Below are positions 51,913-64,000 of a stretch of DNA of 64,000 nt, one piece after another. This stretch comes from Octopus vulgaris (Eukaryota), in NCBI GenBank assembly GCA_951406725.2, contig OX597830.1:67084001-67148000 (forward strand). The letters run 5' to 3'. The translations under genes were made by a program, and so were the position numbers. Positions within the stretch are counted from its first letter, which is position 1. Every line of letters starts with the position of its first letter. The notes under the pieces are model-generated. The model ran no database searches. It saw nothing but the letters and a program-made list of their open reading frames with translations, and had not been told where the DNA came from.

Positions 51913-51924
51913 TAATAATAATAA
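50873..51924. repeat. Compound (AAT/AAC/GAT)n array with an approximately 499-bp higher-order duplication
   Basis: The same pattern of variant triplets recurs about 496-499 bp apart (for example 51135/51631 and 51304/51803). Confidence 0.85.
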
Positions 51925-53232
51925 TGGCTTCAAATTTTGGCTTAAGGACAGCAATTTTAGCAGTGGGATTAAATCAGTTACATTAATCCCAATGCTCAAC
52001 TGGTTATTTATTTTATTGACCACAAAAGGATGAAAAGCAAAGTCAACCTTGGCAGAATTTGAACTCAGCACATTGTGCCAGGAAAGAAATGTTTCAGTAT
52101 TTTGTCCAATGTGTTAATGATTCTGCTATCTTGCCAATAATTTATTATATTCACAACAAGAGCAATGGATGATAGGACTTTAGAATGACAAAAACAGTGG
52201 ATGGTTATTTTTTAAAAGAATTTTGAGTGAGAAACAGGTGTGAATAAGAAGAAATTAAATGAAACATAACAAAAATGGACCAGTAAACCAAATCAATCAA
52301 GAAACCCCACAGATCCCAGTTTACCCTTAATGTTAAGAGCAACTACCCTCTATCAATTGTGTTCTCTGTCCTACAGTTACATACTGAAATTAGTTCCATT
52401 TATCTAAACCATGTTCCTTAATCTCACTCACCTTTCTGAACATTTATTGGACAGGGTCGTAAAGTTACTTGGTGACCCTGCCAGTGCAGGTATCACTTAA
52501 AAAGCATCTAGTTCACACTGTAAAGTGGTTGCCATTTGGAAGGGTGTCCAGCTGTAAAAACCATGCCTAAATTGATCTTACCTGTGCTGGCACCATGTAA
52601 AAAAACCATTCAGCCTACTCTGCAGAGTGGTTGGTGCTAGGAAAGGAAACCAGCATAAAAAAAAAACATGCTAAAACAGACAGAAGCATGGTGTAGGCTT
52701 CTGTCTGGTCAGCTCCTGTCAAACATTCCAACCAATGCCAGCATGGAAGGAGGACATTAAACGATGATGATGATGATAGCATGTTCCTTTCCATTCATAC
52801 TCTCCCTGTGGTACTATAAGGACTTGGGTAAAGAGAAAAGTACCTGTCTTCAAACCTTTCAGTTGTGTTCACCATATGACTTTCTGAATAGTCACAAGAT
52901 GAAAATTTCTGCCTTCCCAGCCAAAGAAAGACAGAGGGGAATTTCTCATAATGGACATTGTTGATAGCTAAATTTGTCCTACATGAAAACGATAATAATA
53001 ATAATAATAATAATTTATTTCCATTGTATTTTCGGATAAAATTCTCAATGCAAGCCAAGATGCAATATTGATCTATACGCAATATTAAAATGAAGAAACA
53101 TATTAAAATGAAGAAATATATGATGTAAATGGTTAAATATAATGATAAAACGAAATAACAAATATTACATAATAATAATGTATGATAGGACACAATACAT
53201 CAAAAACAACTATAACAATAATAGTAATAATG

Positions 53233-53289
<57 letters not shown>

Positions 53290-54843
53290 TACAGCATAAT
53301 AGGATAAAACGTAGTAATATATCATAGCATACATACAATGAATTAGAAAGAAAGAAAAGATTTTAATAATATGTCTACAGTGATGCACATACAAACACAC
53401 ACACACACTACAGTTTGAGACAGCACAGTTTAGCTGTGATAAACACTGAAGCAAAAAAGATAGTGTTTCTGAACTAAGTCATCCAGGTGCAAATTCATCT
53501 TTAAACATCTACACAGCCCATAGTTGTGGTGATTTCTGGGATAACACTGAATGTTCACTTCAGACTGGCAGCCCTGATATATTCCATTGAGGAGACCTAT
53601 TGAGTCAAGTACATCAACATCAAAATAAATATCAAATGGAAATTGTAGTTGTAATACCTGTGCCAGTGGCACGTAAAAAGCACCATTTGAACGTGGCCGA
53701 TACCAGCGCCACCTTGACTGGCTTCTGTGCCAACCGATTGTGGGCACTGCCAGCCTCCCCTGGCACCTGTGCCGGTGGCACATAAAAAGCACCCACTACA
53801 CTCACGTAGTGGTTGGCGTTAGGAAGGGAATCCAGCTGTAGAAACACTGCCAGATCAGACTGGAGCCTGGTGCAGCCTCCTAGCTTCCAAGACCCCGGTT
53901 GAACCGTCCAACCCATGCTAGCACGGAAAACGGACGTTAAACGTTGATGAAAGATGAAACGCCAGTGATTTGGGATTTAGTTTAGAAGGCTATTCCATCA
54001 CAGAGTTACCAATTTACAGTTGAGTGGACTGGAACAATGTGAAATGAAGTGGTTTGCTCAAGAATATAATGTGCTGCCTGATCCAGGAATTGAACCCATG
54101 GTCTAGTGATCATGAATGCAATGCCCCAACCACTAAGCCATGTGCCTTCATGTTCTTTACTATGTATTTTAGTAAACTATAGTACAATGTGTTTTCTGTA
54201 ATACCATCCGAGCATGCGTGATCGTTACCTGCATCGCCTTACTGGCACTTGCGCTGGTGGCACGTGAAAAAACATTCAAGCAAGGTCGTTCCCAGTGCCG
54301 CTGGACTGACTCCTATGCAAGTGGCACATACAAAGCTCCATTTGAGGGTGGCCATTGCCAGTACCGCCAAACTGGCACGTAAAAGCACCTGCTACACTCT
54401 CGGAGTGGTTGGCGTTAGGAAGAGCATCCAGCTGTAGAAACACTGCCAGATCAAGATTGGAGCCTGGTGCAGCCATCTGGTTCACCAGACCTCAGTCAAA
54501 ATCGTGCAGCCCATGCTAGTATGGAAAGTGGACGTTAAACGATGATGATGATGATGATGATTCTATATCATACATTTTGTAGAGTTGCTTCATGCCAGTG
54601 GCTAGTGTGGAGCGTGCAGACCACACAGGGTAACCACTTTGGATGTGTGGGTTTGGTGAACATATGTTGAAGCTCTGTTACTTATAAGAAAGAAGCAGCC
54701 TGTATGCTTACTGTACAGGACAGTCAAAGACCATGCTGTGTCGCTGTTTTGTGCTCTTATTAACTTTTGAGTATTATTGATTGTTAGGTACATTCACCAT
54801 TATTTATTACATGTTCTGTATAATGTACATTGCCACATTCCAT

Positions 54844-54878
<35 letters not shown>

Positions 54879-54996
54879 CAATTCCATGCTTGTATGCATC
54901 AGACAGAATGTGTTGAGGTTGATTTTTCTATGGCCAGATGCTCTTCCAGTCACCAACTCTCATCTGTTTCCAGGCAAGATAATATTTCCCCTATAA

Positions 54997-55226
54997 AGGC
55001 GGCGAGCTGGTAGAAACGTTAGCATGCTGGGTGAAGTGCTTAGCAGTATTTTGTCTGCATTACGTTCTGAGTTCAAATTCCGCCGAGGTCGACTTTGCCT
55101 TTCATCCTTTCGGGGTCGATAAATTAAGTACCAGTAATACACTGGGGTCGATGTAGTTGACTTAATCTGTTTGTCTGTCCTTGTTTGCCCTCTCTGTGTT
55201 TAGCCCCTTGTGGGTAATAAAGAAAT
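54997..55226 (+). mobile_element. SINE family B
   Basis: 18-bp TSD AAGATAATATTTCCCCTA. Confidence 0.9.
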
Positions 55227-55684
55227 AAGATAATATTTCCCCTAGTTGGGCACCTTTTCCATGGAAGACTGGAAAAGAACAACACTGCTTGTATGATGGT
55301 GATACTTGTTTACAACCATCACATGATGTCAAGACAAGGATATGCACATGCACAGAGAGAGAGAGAGAGAGAGAATGACTAGATATGTTCTGTTGTGGAA
55401 ATCTGCTGCCCTCTGGACACCAATGTGGTTAGAAAAGTACCAAAGAAAGGGGACCTCAATGGATCATTGATAAGGAGTTTGTAAATCCACTACCCAAGAT
55501 ACACTTTCAGCTTCATCCCTATTATTATTGAAGCAATAAGATATATAACAATTCATCTGGAGCAAGTATGGTTGAGCTTGTGAACTTGGGGAGAGAATGC
55601 AGACCCTTAATTCACACACTACAAATGATCATGATACCTGGGACAATAAAAATCTGTAAAACCTTACTCTTTTTCTTTTTTTTC

Positions 55685-56089
55685 TCTTTTTACTTGTTTC
55701 AGTCATTTGACTGCGGCCATGCTGGAGCACCGCCTTTAGTCAAGCAAATCGACCCCGGGACTTATTCTTTGTAAGCCCAGTACTTATTCTATCGGTCTCT
55801 TTTGCCGAACCGCTAAGTGACGGGGACATAAACACACCAGCATCGGTTGTCAAGCAATGCTAGGGGGACAAACACAGACACACAAACACACACACACACA
55901 TATATATATATACATACATATATACGACAGGCTTCTTTCAGTTTCCGTCTACCAAATCCACTCACAAGGCACTGGTCGGCCCGGGGCTATAGCAGAAGAC
56001 ACTTGCCCAAGATGCCACGCAGTGGGAATGAACCCGGAACCATGTGGTTGGTAAGCAAGCTACTTACCACACAGCCACTCCTGCGCCTA
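55685..56089 (-). mobile_element. SINE family A, young full-length copy
   Basis: Reverse complement of 1750-2160, with CpGs largely retained. Confidence 0.9.
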
Positions 56090-56613
56090 TTGAGATTTAA
56101 AAGGTGATGGTTAAAACGGGATGCTTTCTTTCAAAGCCTTGCTACCAAGTAGGTGGTCAATCAAAATTTATTTTAAATTAAAAAGTAAAGGAGAAGATAC
56201 ATACATACATACCACACACACACACACACTTAAATCGGGCTTCTTTCAGTTACAAAATTCACTCACAAAGCTTTGGTTGACTTAGGGTTACAATAGAAGA
56301 GACTTGCCTAAGGTGTTGTGCAGTGGAACTGAACCTAAGACCATATTGGTCAGGAAGCAAGCTTTTCAACCATATAACCTGTGCCATATATTTTATGTTC
56401 TTTACTCTTTTCAATAATGAATAAAAAAAATTTAAAAAAAACTCAGTTTATGGTCCATAATAATGTGCAATCTTGCTAATTTGGTTAATATCCTAATGGG
56501 ACCTGCATTAATGTCTCTCTGTCTAGACTTATAATGGTTCCCATTAATAAATTTCAGACTAGCAGGAATATCCTGTATCACTCAAGCATTGAAATCCACC
56601 CTTATATCTTCAT

Positions 56614-56994
56614 TGGAGGCGCAATGGCCCAGTGGTTAGGGCAGCGGACTCGCGGTCGTAGGATCGCAGTTTCGATTTCCCAGACCGGGCGTTGTGAGTG
56701 TTTATTGAGTGAAAACACCTAAAGCTCCACGAGGCTCCGGCAGGGGATGGTGATGATCCCTGCTGTACTCTTTCACCACAACTTTCTCTCACTCTTCCTG
56801 TTTCTGTTGTACCTGTATTCCAAAGGGCCGGCCTTGTCACTCTCTGTGTCACGCTGAATATCCCCGAGAACTACGTTAAGGGTACACGTGTCTGTGGAGT
56901 GCTCAGCCACTTACACGTTATTTTCACGAGCAGGCTGTTCCGTTGGTCGTATCAACCGGAACCCTCGTCGTCGTAACCGACGGAGTGCTTCCAC
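56614..56994 (+). mobile_element. SINE family C, young
   Basis: TSD TATATCTTCAT; near-identical to 43399-43773. Confidence 0.92.
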
Positions 56995-57138
56995 TATATC
57001 TTCATTGTTTTTACTATACTAAATATATTCAGTGGCTTGCAAAGAAATCTAGTTTGGTTCAATCAGAAGGATGAAGGGCAACATGAGGCCTTCAGAACTA
57101 TTTGCAGGAGAGAAAATCTTGATATTCTCAGACTTGAA

Positions 57139-57717
57139 CCCTTTTGTTACCATATATCTTGATATACTTTACTTTTGTTTCAGTTGTTGTTGGGCAAACT
57201 GGCATCTCATCTGTCTTTACGTTCTGAGTTCAAACTCCGCTGAGGCTGATTTTGCTCTCATCCTTTTGGGGGGGGGTCGATAAAATAAGTACCAGTTGAA
57301 CACTGGAGTTAATGTAGTTGACTTACTTCCTACTCCTGCTGGCCTTGTGACAAAATTTGAAAGCATCATTAAGCTCGTAAGGAACATAAATTAACATGAA
57401 ATTTTAATGAAAGGTTTTAATTTAGATCACTTTAACCCTTTAGTGTTCCAATTATTCTATCAAACATAATGCTTGTTGATTCCCATTGATTTGAATTAAT
57501 CATGCATTATCTCATATCTTCAAGATCTTGATGGTGTAATTACTTAATGTAGAATAACATTGTAGGGTAGGTGTGAGAGCCTGGATCTGGTCAGTTTGAA
57601 CATAAAACAGATTAGCTATTTTGGCCGGATATGGCCGGTTTAAATACTAAAGAGTTAAAACAGGGAGCTTGTATCATAAAATCAGAGGCAGTTTCAGGTG
57701 GGTTGGTATCCAAAGGG
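57139..57717. mobile_element. piggyBac-type MITE containing a second piggyBac MITE (57436-57654) and a SINE B
   Basis: Outer CCCTTTTGTTACC...GGTATCCAAAGGG|TTAA; inner TTAA|CCCTTTAGTGTT...AATACTAAAGAG|TTAA. Confidence 0.65.
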
Positions 57718-57723
57718 TTAAAT

Positions 57724-58391
57724 CAGTGTTTCTCAATCATTTTTTATTTGTGGACCCTTTTGATTCCTATTGTAATCTCACGGACTTCCATGCTCATTCA
57801 ATGTTTACAAAAAAATCATATTATGTTTTTACAATTAAATATTGTTAAGAATTGTATAAAAAAAAATTGTTAAATTGTTATAGGCGCAGGAGTGACTGTG
57901 TAGTAAGTAGCTTGCTTACCAACCACATGGTTCTGGATTCAGTCCTACTGTGTGGCATCTTGGGCAAGTGTCTTCTACTATAGCCTCGGGCCGACCAAAG
58001 CCTTATGACTGGATTTGGTAGATGGAAACTGAAAGAAGCCTGTCGTATATATGTATATATATATGTATGTGTGTGTTTATGTGTGTGTCTGTGTTTGTTC
58101 CCCTAGCATTGCTTGACAACTGATGCTGGTGTGTTTACATCTCTGCAACTTAGTGGTTCAGCAAAAGAGACTGATAGAATAAGTACTAGGCTTACAAAGA
58201 ATAAGTCCCAGGGTCGATTTACTTGACTAAAGGCAGTGCTCCAGCATGGCCGCAGTCAAATGACTGAAACAAGTAAAAGAATAAAATATTTCATGCATTG
58301 TAGAAGTATAAGCAATTTATTACATGAACTGTAACAACAGAATCTTATATGGACCCCTAAGGGTCATGTGGACCATGGTTAAGAACCTTGG
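57724..58391. mobile_element. hAT-type MITE with nested SINE A (57882-58283)
   Basis: TIR CAGTGTTTCTCAA / TTAAGAACCTTG; 8-bp TSD GGTTAAAT. Confidence 0.8.
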
Positions 58392-59238
58392 GGTTAAATA
58401 CTTGCAAGAGTAGTCTCTGCTAAAGGCACCTAAGGTGGGGATTAGGATATGGGGTATGTGATGATATTAAGTCAGGAGATAGATAGAGTCTGCCTATATT
58501 GATTTCAAATTTTTGCACAAGGCCAGCAATTTTGCAAGAGGGTTTAAGTTGATTACATCGACCCCAGTGTTCAAGTGGTACCTATTTTGTTGATCTCGAA
58601 AGGATGAAAGGTAAGGTCAACCTCGGTAGAATTTGAACACAGAACATAAAGACAAACAAAATGCTGCTAAACATTTTGCCCAGCATGCTAACAATTGTGC
58701 CAGCTTCCCACCTCTGTGCCACCCAGTATTAAGAATTGTCCATATGATTGACTTCTGAGTGGTGTCTGTCCATCCAATTTCTTTGTAAAGACCGAGTTGA
58801 CCTAAAGCTATGGTAGAACACAATCGATTGAATCTGGACGCATTTGAGTGCAAAATATGCTTCTTAACCACAGAGCCATGCTTGCACCCAACCAAGTGCC
58901 GAGCCATCTGAAGAAGATTCTAGGGTGAAGGGTCTGGCTAATAATAAACTTCTTCAAGATGATTGACTGTCTTTTGTTTTGCAATGTGTTGCTGTTGATT
59001 TTACCCTTTCTTTTGTAGAATATCCTAACAATAAACGTATTTGATTCTTTCAATATAAAGGATAACCATTCTCCCCTACCCTTTCTCTCTCTCTCTCTCT
59101 CTCTTTCAGTATATCTCTGTCTGTCTATCTATGCATATTCTTGTATAAGGATAATAGATTTGTACTCTACAATCTATAGAGAAACCCATCAAATTAGCAT
59201 AAAATTATTTTTATTATAACTAAACATAAAAACAAACA

Positions 59239-59282
<44 letters not shown>

Positions 59283-59314
59283 GTCCCATATGTACATATA
59301 TATATATATATATA

Positions 59315-60581
59315 TTGGGTCCCATAAATAATGTGGGTTTTTTTCAATTGCACTAAGTAAAAATTGGAGGGGGATGGAATAAACTATCTGCATTAACTTG
59401 CTATAAAAGCAGGTAGTAATTTTACCTTGCCCTTATACCTTGTGCAAGTTTTGAAGAGTGCAGTTCGATTTTAACAGTTATTTTTTCAAAGCTATAATGG
59501 AAGTGACAAAGGAGCATACTCGGCATATTTTGCTTTATGAGTTCAATAAAGGCAACAATGCAATGGAAAGTACGAAGAATATTAATGCAGTATATGGGGA
59601 TCTGACCATAAGCATAAGCTAATGTCAAAGCTGGTTCCAGAAATTTCAAGTGGGAAACTACAGCCTAGAAGACGAGCCTCATCCTGGAATATCTGTAGAG
59701 CTTGACAAGGATGTCCTGCAAATCTTGTTGGAACGAAATCCCATTGTAACTGTTGAGGAGCTAGTAGAGAAGCCTGGATTTGGTCATTCAACCATTCATC
59801 AACATCTGTGTGCCATTGGAAAAGTCAGCAAATTGAGTCAATGTGTTCCTCACAAACTTTCCGAGTCTAATCACATGCAGAGAAGAATGTGTGCTCTTCT
59901 TTGGTGTCATACCTCATGACTGAACCTTTTTTGGACTGAATAGTAACTGGTGACCAGAAATGGGTTCTCTATAAAAATGTCAAGCGCCGAAGACAGTGGG
60001 TAGGGAAAGGAGAAACACCAACACCCCAGGCTAAAGAAGGTCTTCACCTACATAAGGTGTTGTTATCTGTTTGGTGGAATATGTAAGGTTGAGTCCACTT
60101 TGAACTTTTAAAGCCAAACCAAACGATAACAAAGGAGATCTGCTGAGAGCAGCTTGAGCAGCTTTAAAATGACCATTTCTGGTTTCAAGACGAAAGGTGT
60201 TGTTACATCAGGATAATGCTCAACCACATACAGTGAAGATGATATTCCAAAGGCTGGAGGAATTTGAGTGGGAAACAATGCCCCACCCACCATATTCACT
60301 GGACATTGCCCCATCTGATTATCATTTATTCCACAGTTTTCAAAATCATTTGGACAGAAAAAACATGAATTCTGTAGATGAGCTCAGAACAGGCCTGAAG
60401 GAATATTTTTCATCACAGACAAATGAATTTTGGAAAAAGGGCCTTGCAAATCTACCAGATAGATGGAAGAGCATTGTAGAAAATGAAAGAGGGTATATTT
60501 TAAATCAATAAAGAACTTTGTTTATCTTAATTTTGAAAAATAAAAAGTATCAAAAATTGCATTATTTATCGGATGGCCCAA
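59315..60581 (+). mobile_element. Full-length mariner (DD34D) transposon with pseudogenised transposase (59497-60511)
   Basis: TIR TTGGGTCCCATAAATAATG / CATTATTTATCGGATGGCCCAA within TA repeats. Translation includes MEVTKEHTRHILLYEF, CVPHKL, VTGDQKW, HQDNAQPH and HPPYSLDIAPSDYHLF, with multiple stops. Confidence 0.95.
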
Positions 60582-60677
60582 TATATATATATATATATAT
60601 CTTTTTGCATCTTTGTCTGACTTATTGTCTCTGTCTGTCTGTCTGTCTCTCTCTCTATCTGTCTGTCTATCTATCTG

Positions 60678-60756
<79 letters not shown>

Positions 60757-60767
60757 CTGTCTTGTAG

Positions 60768-61108
60768 TAAAGTCTACCGATTTGGCACCAAGAAAGGCAT
60801 CTTCTGATGGAAACATATCCAGTAAATATCAAGATATCAAAGAAACTAAAAAACTTGAAAAAAATAAAGTTAGTGAAGCAGTTCCAAAGAAAACTGAGGC
60901 AATCGTTCCCTCCCAAAGTACCACTACTCACTTATCGGAACCACTGGTAAGGAAAGGAGCAGAAACTTCCACATCAAAACTAACCACTACACACAATGAT
61001 CGGCAAAGCGATGCTGAAGGAATAAGTAACCAAGCATTCCAAGATGAAGTGTCCTTGTCAATGTCGGTCAACAGCGATGTTTTGGATAGCCCAGACCACA
61101 ACTCCGAT
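60768..61108 (+). CDS. Internal coding exon of the same uncharacterised gene
   Basis: Acceptor CTCTGTCTTGTAG, 341-bp open frame VKSTDLAPRK...GISNQAFQDE...SPDHNSD, consensus donor GTAAGT. Its phase-1 start matches the 44165 donor. Confidence 0.78.
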
Positions 61109-61265
61109 GTAAGTGTTTTTTTTTTTTCTTTACTTTAAACTTAAGGGAATATTTCTGGTCAGTTACACAAATTTGTAATGGTAATGTGACCTTGTCCAAC
61201 AAACTATTGGAAAAAATATTTATAGCGCTATGATTTATTTATTTATTCTTCACATTTTTCTGCAG

Positions 61266-61286
61266 ATTCAAATGCAAATATGCTAG
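61266..61286 (+). CDS. Candidate terminal coding exon (IQMQIC*)
   Basis: Acceptor TTCTTCACATTTTTCTGCAG 157 bp after a phase-0 donor, then an in-frame TAG and unique UTR-like sequence. Confidence 0.5.
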   Translation: MQMQIC

Positions 61287-63815
61287 TCATTGTTGTGTAT
61301 GTCACAGGAGAACAATTTCCCCCTTTTACATTGTGTTCATAACATGTTCCACTCAGCTCATTGGCACAAGGAATTCTGGATCATAGGTGTTTTGATATGT
61401 TCTGTCTTGTCAGCCCAGAAGTACTCCAACTTTTGAACCTGAACAAGCCACTGGATTTGTTTCAGCAAACAAACTGTTTGCTGATCAGTGCTTATATCTG
61501 CCAACTGATACAAAAATTATCTTGTGACATACACGACAGTGACTAGCACATTTGTGTTTGAATCTACCAGAATGTATTAACGATAAGTATGCAAAACATT
61601 GTTTCAGATCTAACTGTACACAATACAAATGATTTTTTTTTTATTTATATAAATTGTATCTAAAGTGTTTTCCAGTATGCTCCAAAATATTTTAAATGTT
61701 TGATATGAGGTTCCATTTCTTCTATTTTGTCTGTAGCAATGATTTTTTTTGTTCTCACATCATTATCTCCTGATTTGTGGTGGACATACATAGTATTACC
61801 TTTTATCTTTTGCTTGTTTCAGTCATAGGATTGTGGCCATGCTGGAGCACCGCCTTGGTAGTTATCATCATCATCATCACCATCACCACTTGTGACACAT
61901 AAAAAGCACTGGTGTTGCTGCCATGTTAAACTCACTGGTGCTGGTGCCACTTAAAAAGCACCCCACGCACACTCACTGCAAAATGGTTGGCATTAGGAAG
62001 AGCATTGAACTGCAGAAACCAAACCAACACAAACTATGAGACCTGATGGGGGGCCATGGCCTTGCCAGCACCTGTTAAACTGTCCAACTCATGCCAGCAT
62101 GGAAAATAGATGTTAAATGATGATGATGATGATGACAAAAAGGATGAAAATCAAAGTTGACCTCAGTGAGATTTGAACTCAGGGTGCAGTAAATTTGATC
62201 AAATGCCACAAAGCATTCCATCTGATGTACTAACAACTTGGCCAATTTATCATCTATACATATACAATAGACTTCTACACAGTTTCCATTTATCAAGAGT
62301 GTAGTGGTGCCTTGCTGTAGAATTGAACCTCAGATCACATGGTTGAAAAGAAGACTTCTTAACCACGCAGCAATCCCTCTCTCTCTTTCGGAGAGGCACT
62401 GAGCAGCTATACGCACACATACACACACGGCAGTAACTTCCACCTATCGAATTCAATCACAAAGCTCCGGTCGGCTCGGGGCTATAGTGGAAGACACCTA
62501 CCCAAAGTGCCACGCAGTGGGACTGCAATATCAACATCAATTATGTTTCAATAACATTAAATGTTGCCACATTAACAAAAAACTGTGACTGTAGACCATT
62601 GAGGAGTTTCTATGTGGACGAAAGAAACAATTGATATCTTGTTTTTTTTTTTATTTAATTTTTACTGAGTTTCTATTATTATGTTTTTTTTGTTTTCTGT
62701 TGTGATTTTATGATGTAGAAACTGATTTTCCAGATCTTTCTATTTAATCATCAATAGTAATTTCTATTATAAATGTTAGGAATCAATATTAATTTCTACA
62801 GCGAAACCAATGGCTTGTAGAATCAGTACAGTGTGCCAGACGAAATTCTTTGAAGTATAATCGGATACATCCCTTTACAGTCTGAGTTCAAATCCAGCCG
62901 GAGTCTATTTTTTTTGCCTTTCATCCTGCCAGACTCAATGAAATAAAAGCACTCAGTCAAGGTTTTGAGGGGGTGGTGATCAATATATTAAACTTCCTCC
63001 TCTTACTTTTCCTCTCAGCTAGTCTAGATAGAAATCAATATTGTTTCTATCATGAATTGGAATGGATCTTAGAATTAACCCCCCCTCCTCTCATACTGGG
63101 TTTTTATAGATATTTATTGTATGATTCTATGTGGGTCAATATTTTTCAATCAGTTTTTTTCTCTCTTTTTCTTTTCTCTATATTATTAAACTGGATTGTC
63201 CGGTATTTCATGGCCGAAGTTCGTTATATATAATAAGTGAAACCTGTACTATATAAAATACATATAATCAAAAATATAATATTAATATAGTAATAATAAT
63301 AATGGTAGCAGTAATAATGGTATTGATGATCATCTTAGAGGAAGTGAGGAGAAAAAAAAACCCGTTCGAATTGTATTATCATTTCTAAATAAGAAAACTA
63401 ATTGATTTTCATAATTAATAAATTATTTATTGATTTAATTTTGAATTTAATGTAACTGGCATAAAACAATATAAAATATAATTTTTTATATGAATGCAAA
63501 AACAAAAAGATTAACAAATACTGCTGCTGCTGCTGATGATGATGGTGATGGTGATGAAGATGATCTTTCTTATTCTTTTGCTGGTTCCTTTTAAAGTTGT
63601 ATTGTTTAATACAATCTCAGAAATCACTATTGCACATACCCCCATCCATTTATGAGGTGCATTTAATAAAATATCTAATTTAAGAGCCGCCAATAATGTA
63701 CACTTATAATAGCAGCCAATCTATTTATGATGTATATTTCATAGAGTATCTAATATAAGGTCATCCAGTTTCTTTTATAAGAGCAGTCGGTCTATGAGGT
63801 CCATTTTATAATATA

Positions 63816-64000
63816 CTAGCACTATGACCCGGCACCGCCAGGTCATAGTGCTAGTGCATGCATATACAGCTGCGTGTGTGCGCTCACACACGCGAGTACT
63901 ATCCAAATCTCCGACCAATCACATACAGCTAGCTGGCATTCAATTGGCGTATCAAGTTTCGGGCATTTTGATTGGGTTTTGGATAGAAAATTCACCAAAA
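63816..64000 (-). mobile_element. Helitron-like 3' end running off the window
   Basis: Minus-strand terminus hairpin + CTAG|T in an AT-rich target. Confidence 0.55.

Noticed and set aside
50719-52071. Long ORFs of 326 and 399 aa, plus similar poly-I/Y/L/N/M ORFs at 160-1196, 27851-28409 and 36298-36540
   Set aside because: Translations of (AAT)n, (TA)n and (CAT)n microsatellites with no coding signal.
60518-60767. Hydrophobic N-terminal half of the 206-aa ORF, resembling a transmembrane segment
   Set aside because: Derived from the mariner end and (CTAT)n; only the part after the AG at 60767 looks coding.

Overview
AT-rich, microsatellite-saturated animal genomic DNA. The SINE families and (TA)n/(AAT)n/(CAT)n load look like an octopus (coleoid cephalopod) genome; this is inference from repeat content. 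Most of the window is transposon-derived: several tRNA-derived SINE families, non-autonomous Helitrons, hAT/piggyBac/mariner/Merlin-like MITEs, one full-length decayed mariner, and 3' fragments of R4/Dong, RTE, CR1 and L1/Tx1 LINEs. Nearly all ORFs in the supplied track are microsatellite or SINE artefacts. Highlights: (1) a decayed Penelope-like retroelement (about 46.1-50.9 kb) whose RT/GIY-YIG ORF is preceded, in the same frame across one TGA, by a Ulp1/C48 SUMO-protease-like domain; (2) at least eight hammerhead-ribozyme motifs from four Penelope pseudo-LTR families in (TA)n tracts at 6-20 kb, including a spacerless 188-bp palindrome and a hammerhead with a large stem-II insertion; (3) a phase-consistent 4-exon plus-strand gene model (26719-61286, 187 aa, no recognisable domain) whose span matches a CpG-depleted domain, consistent with gene-body methylation. 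Coordinates were read by eye, so repeat boundaries are approximate. No database searches were run.
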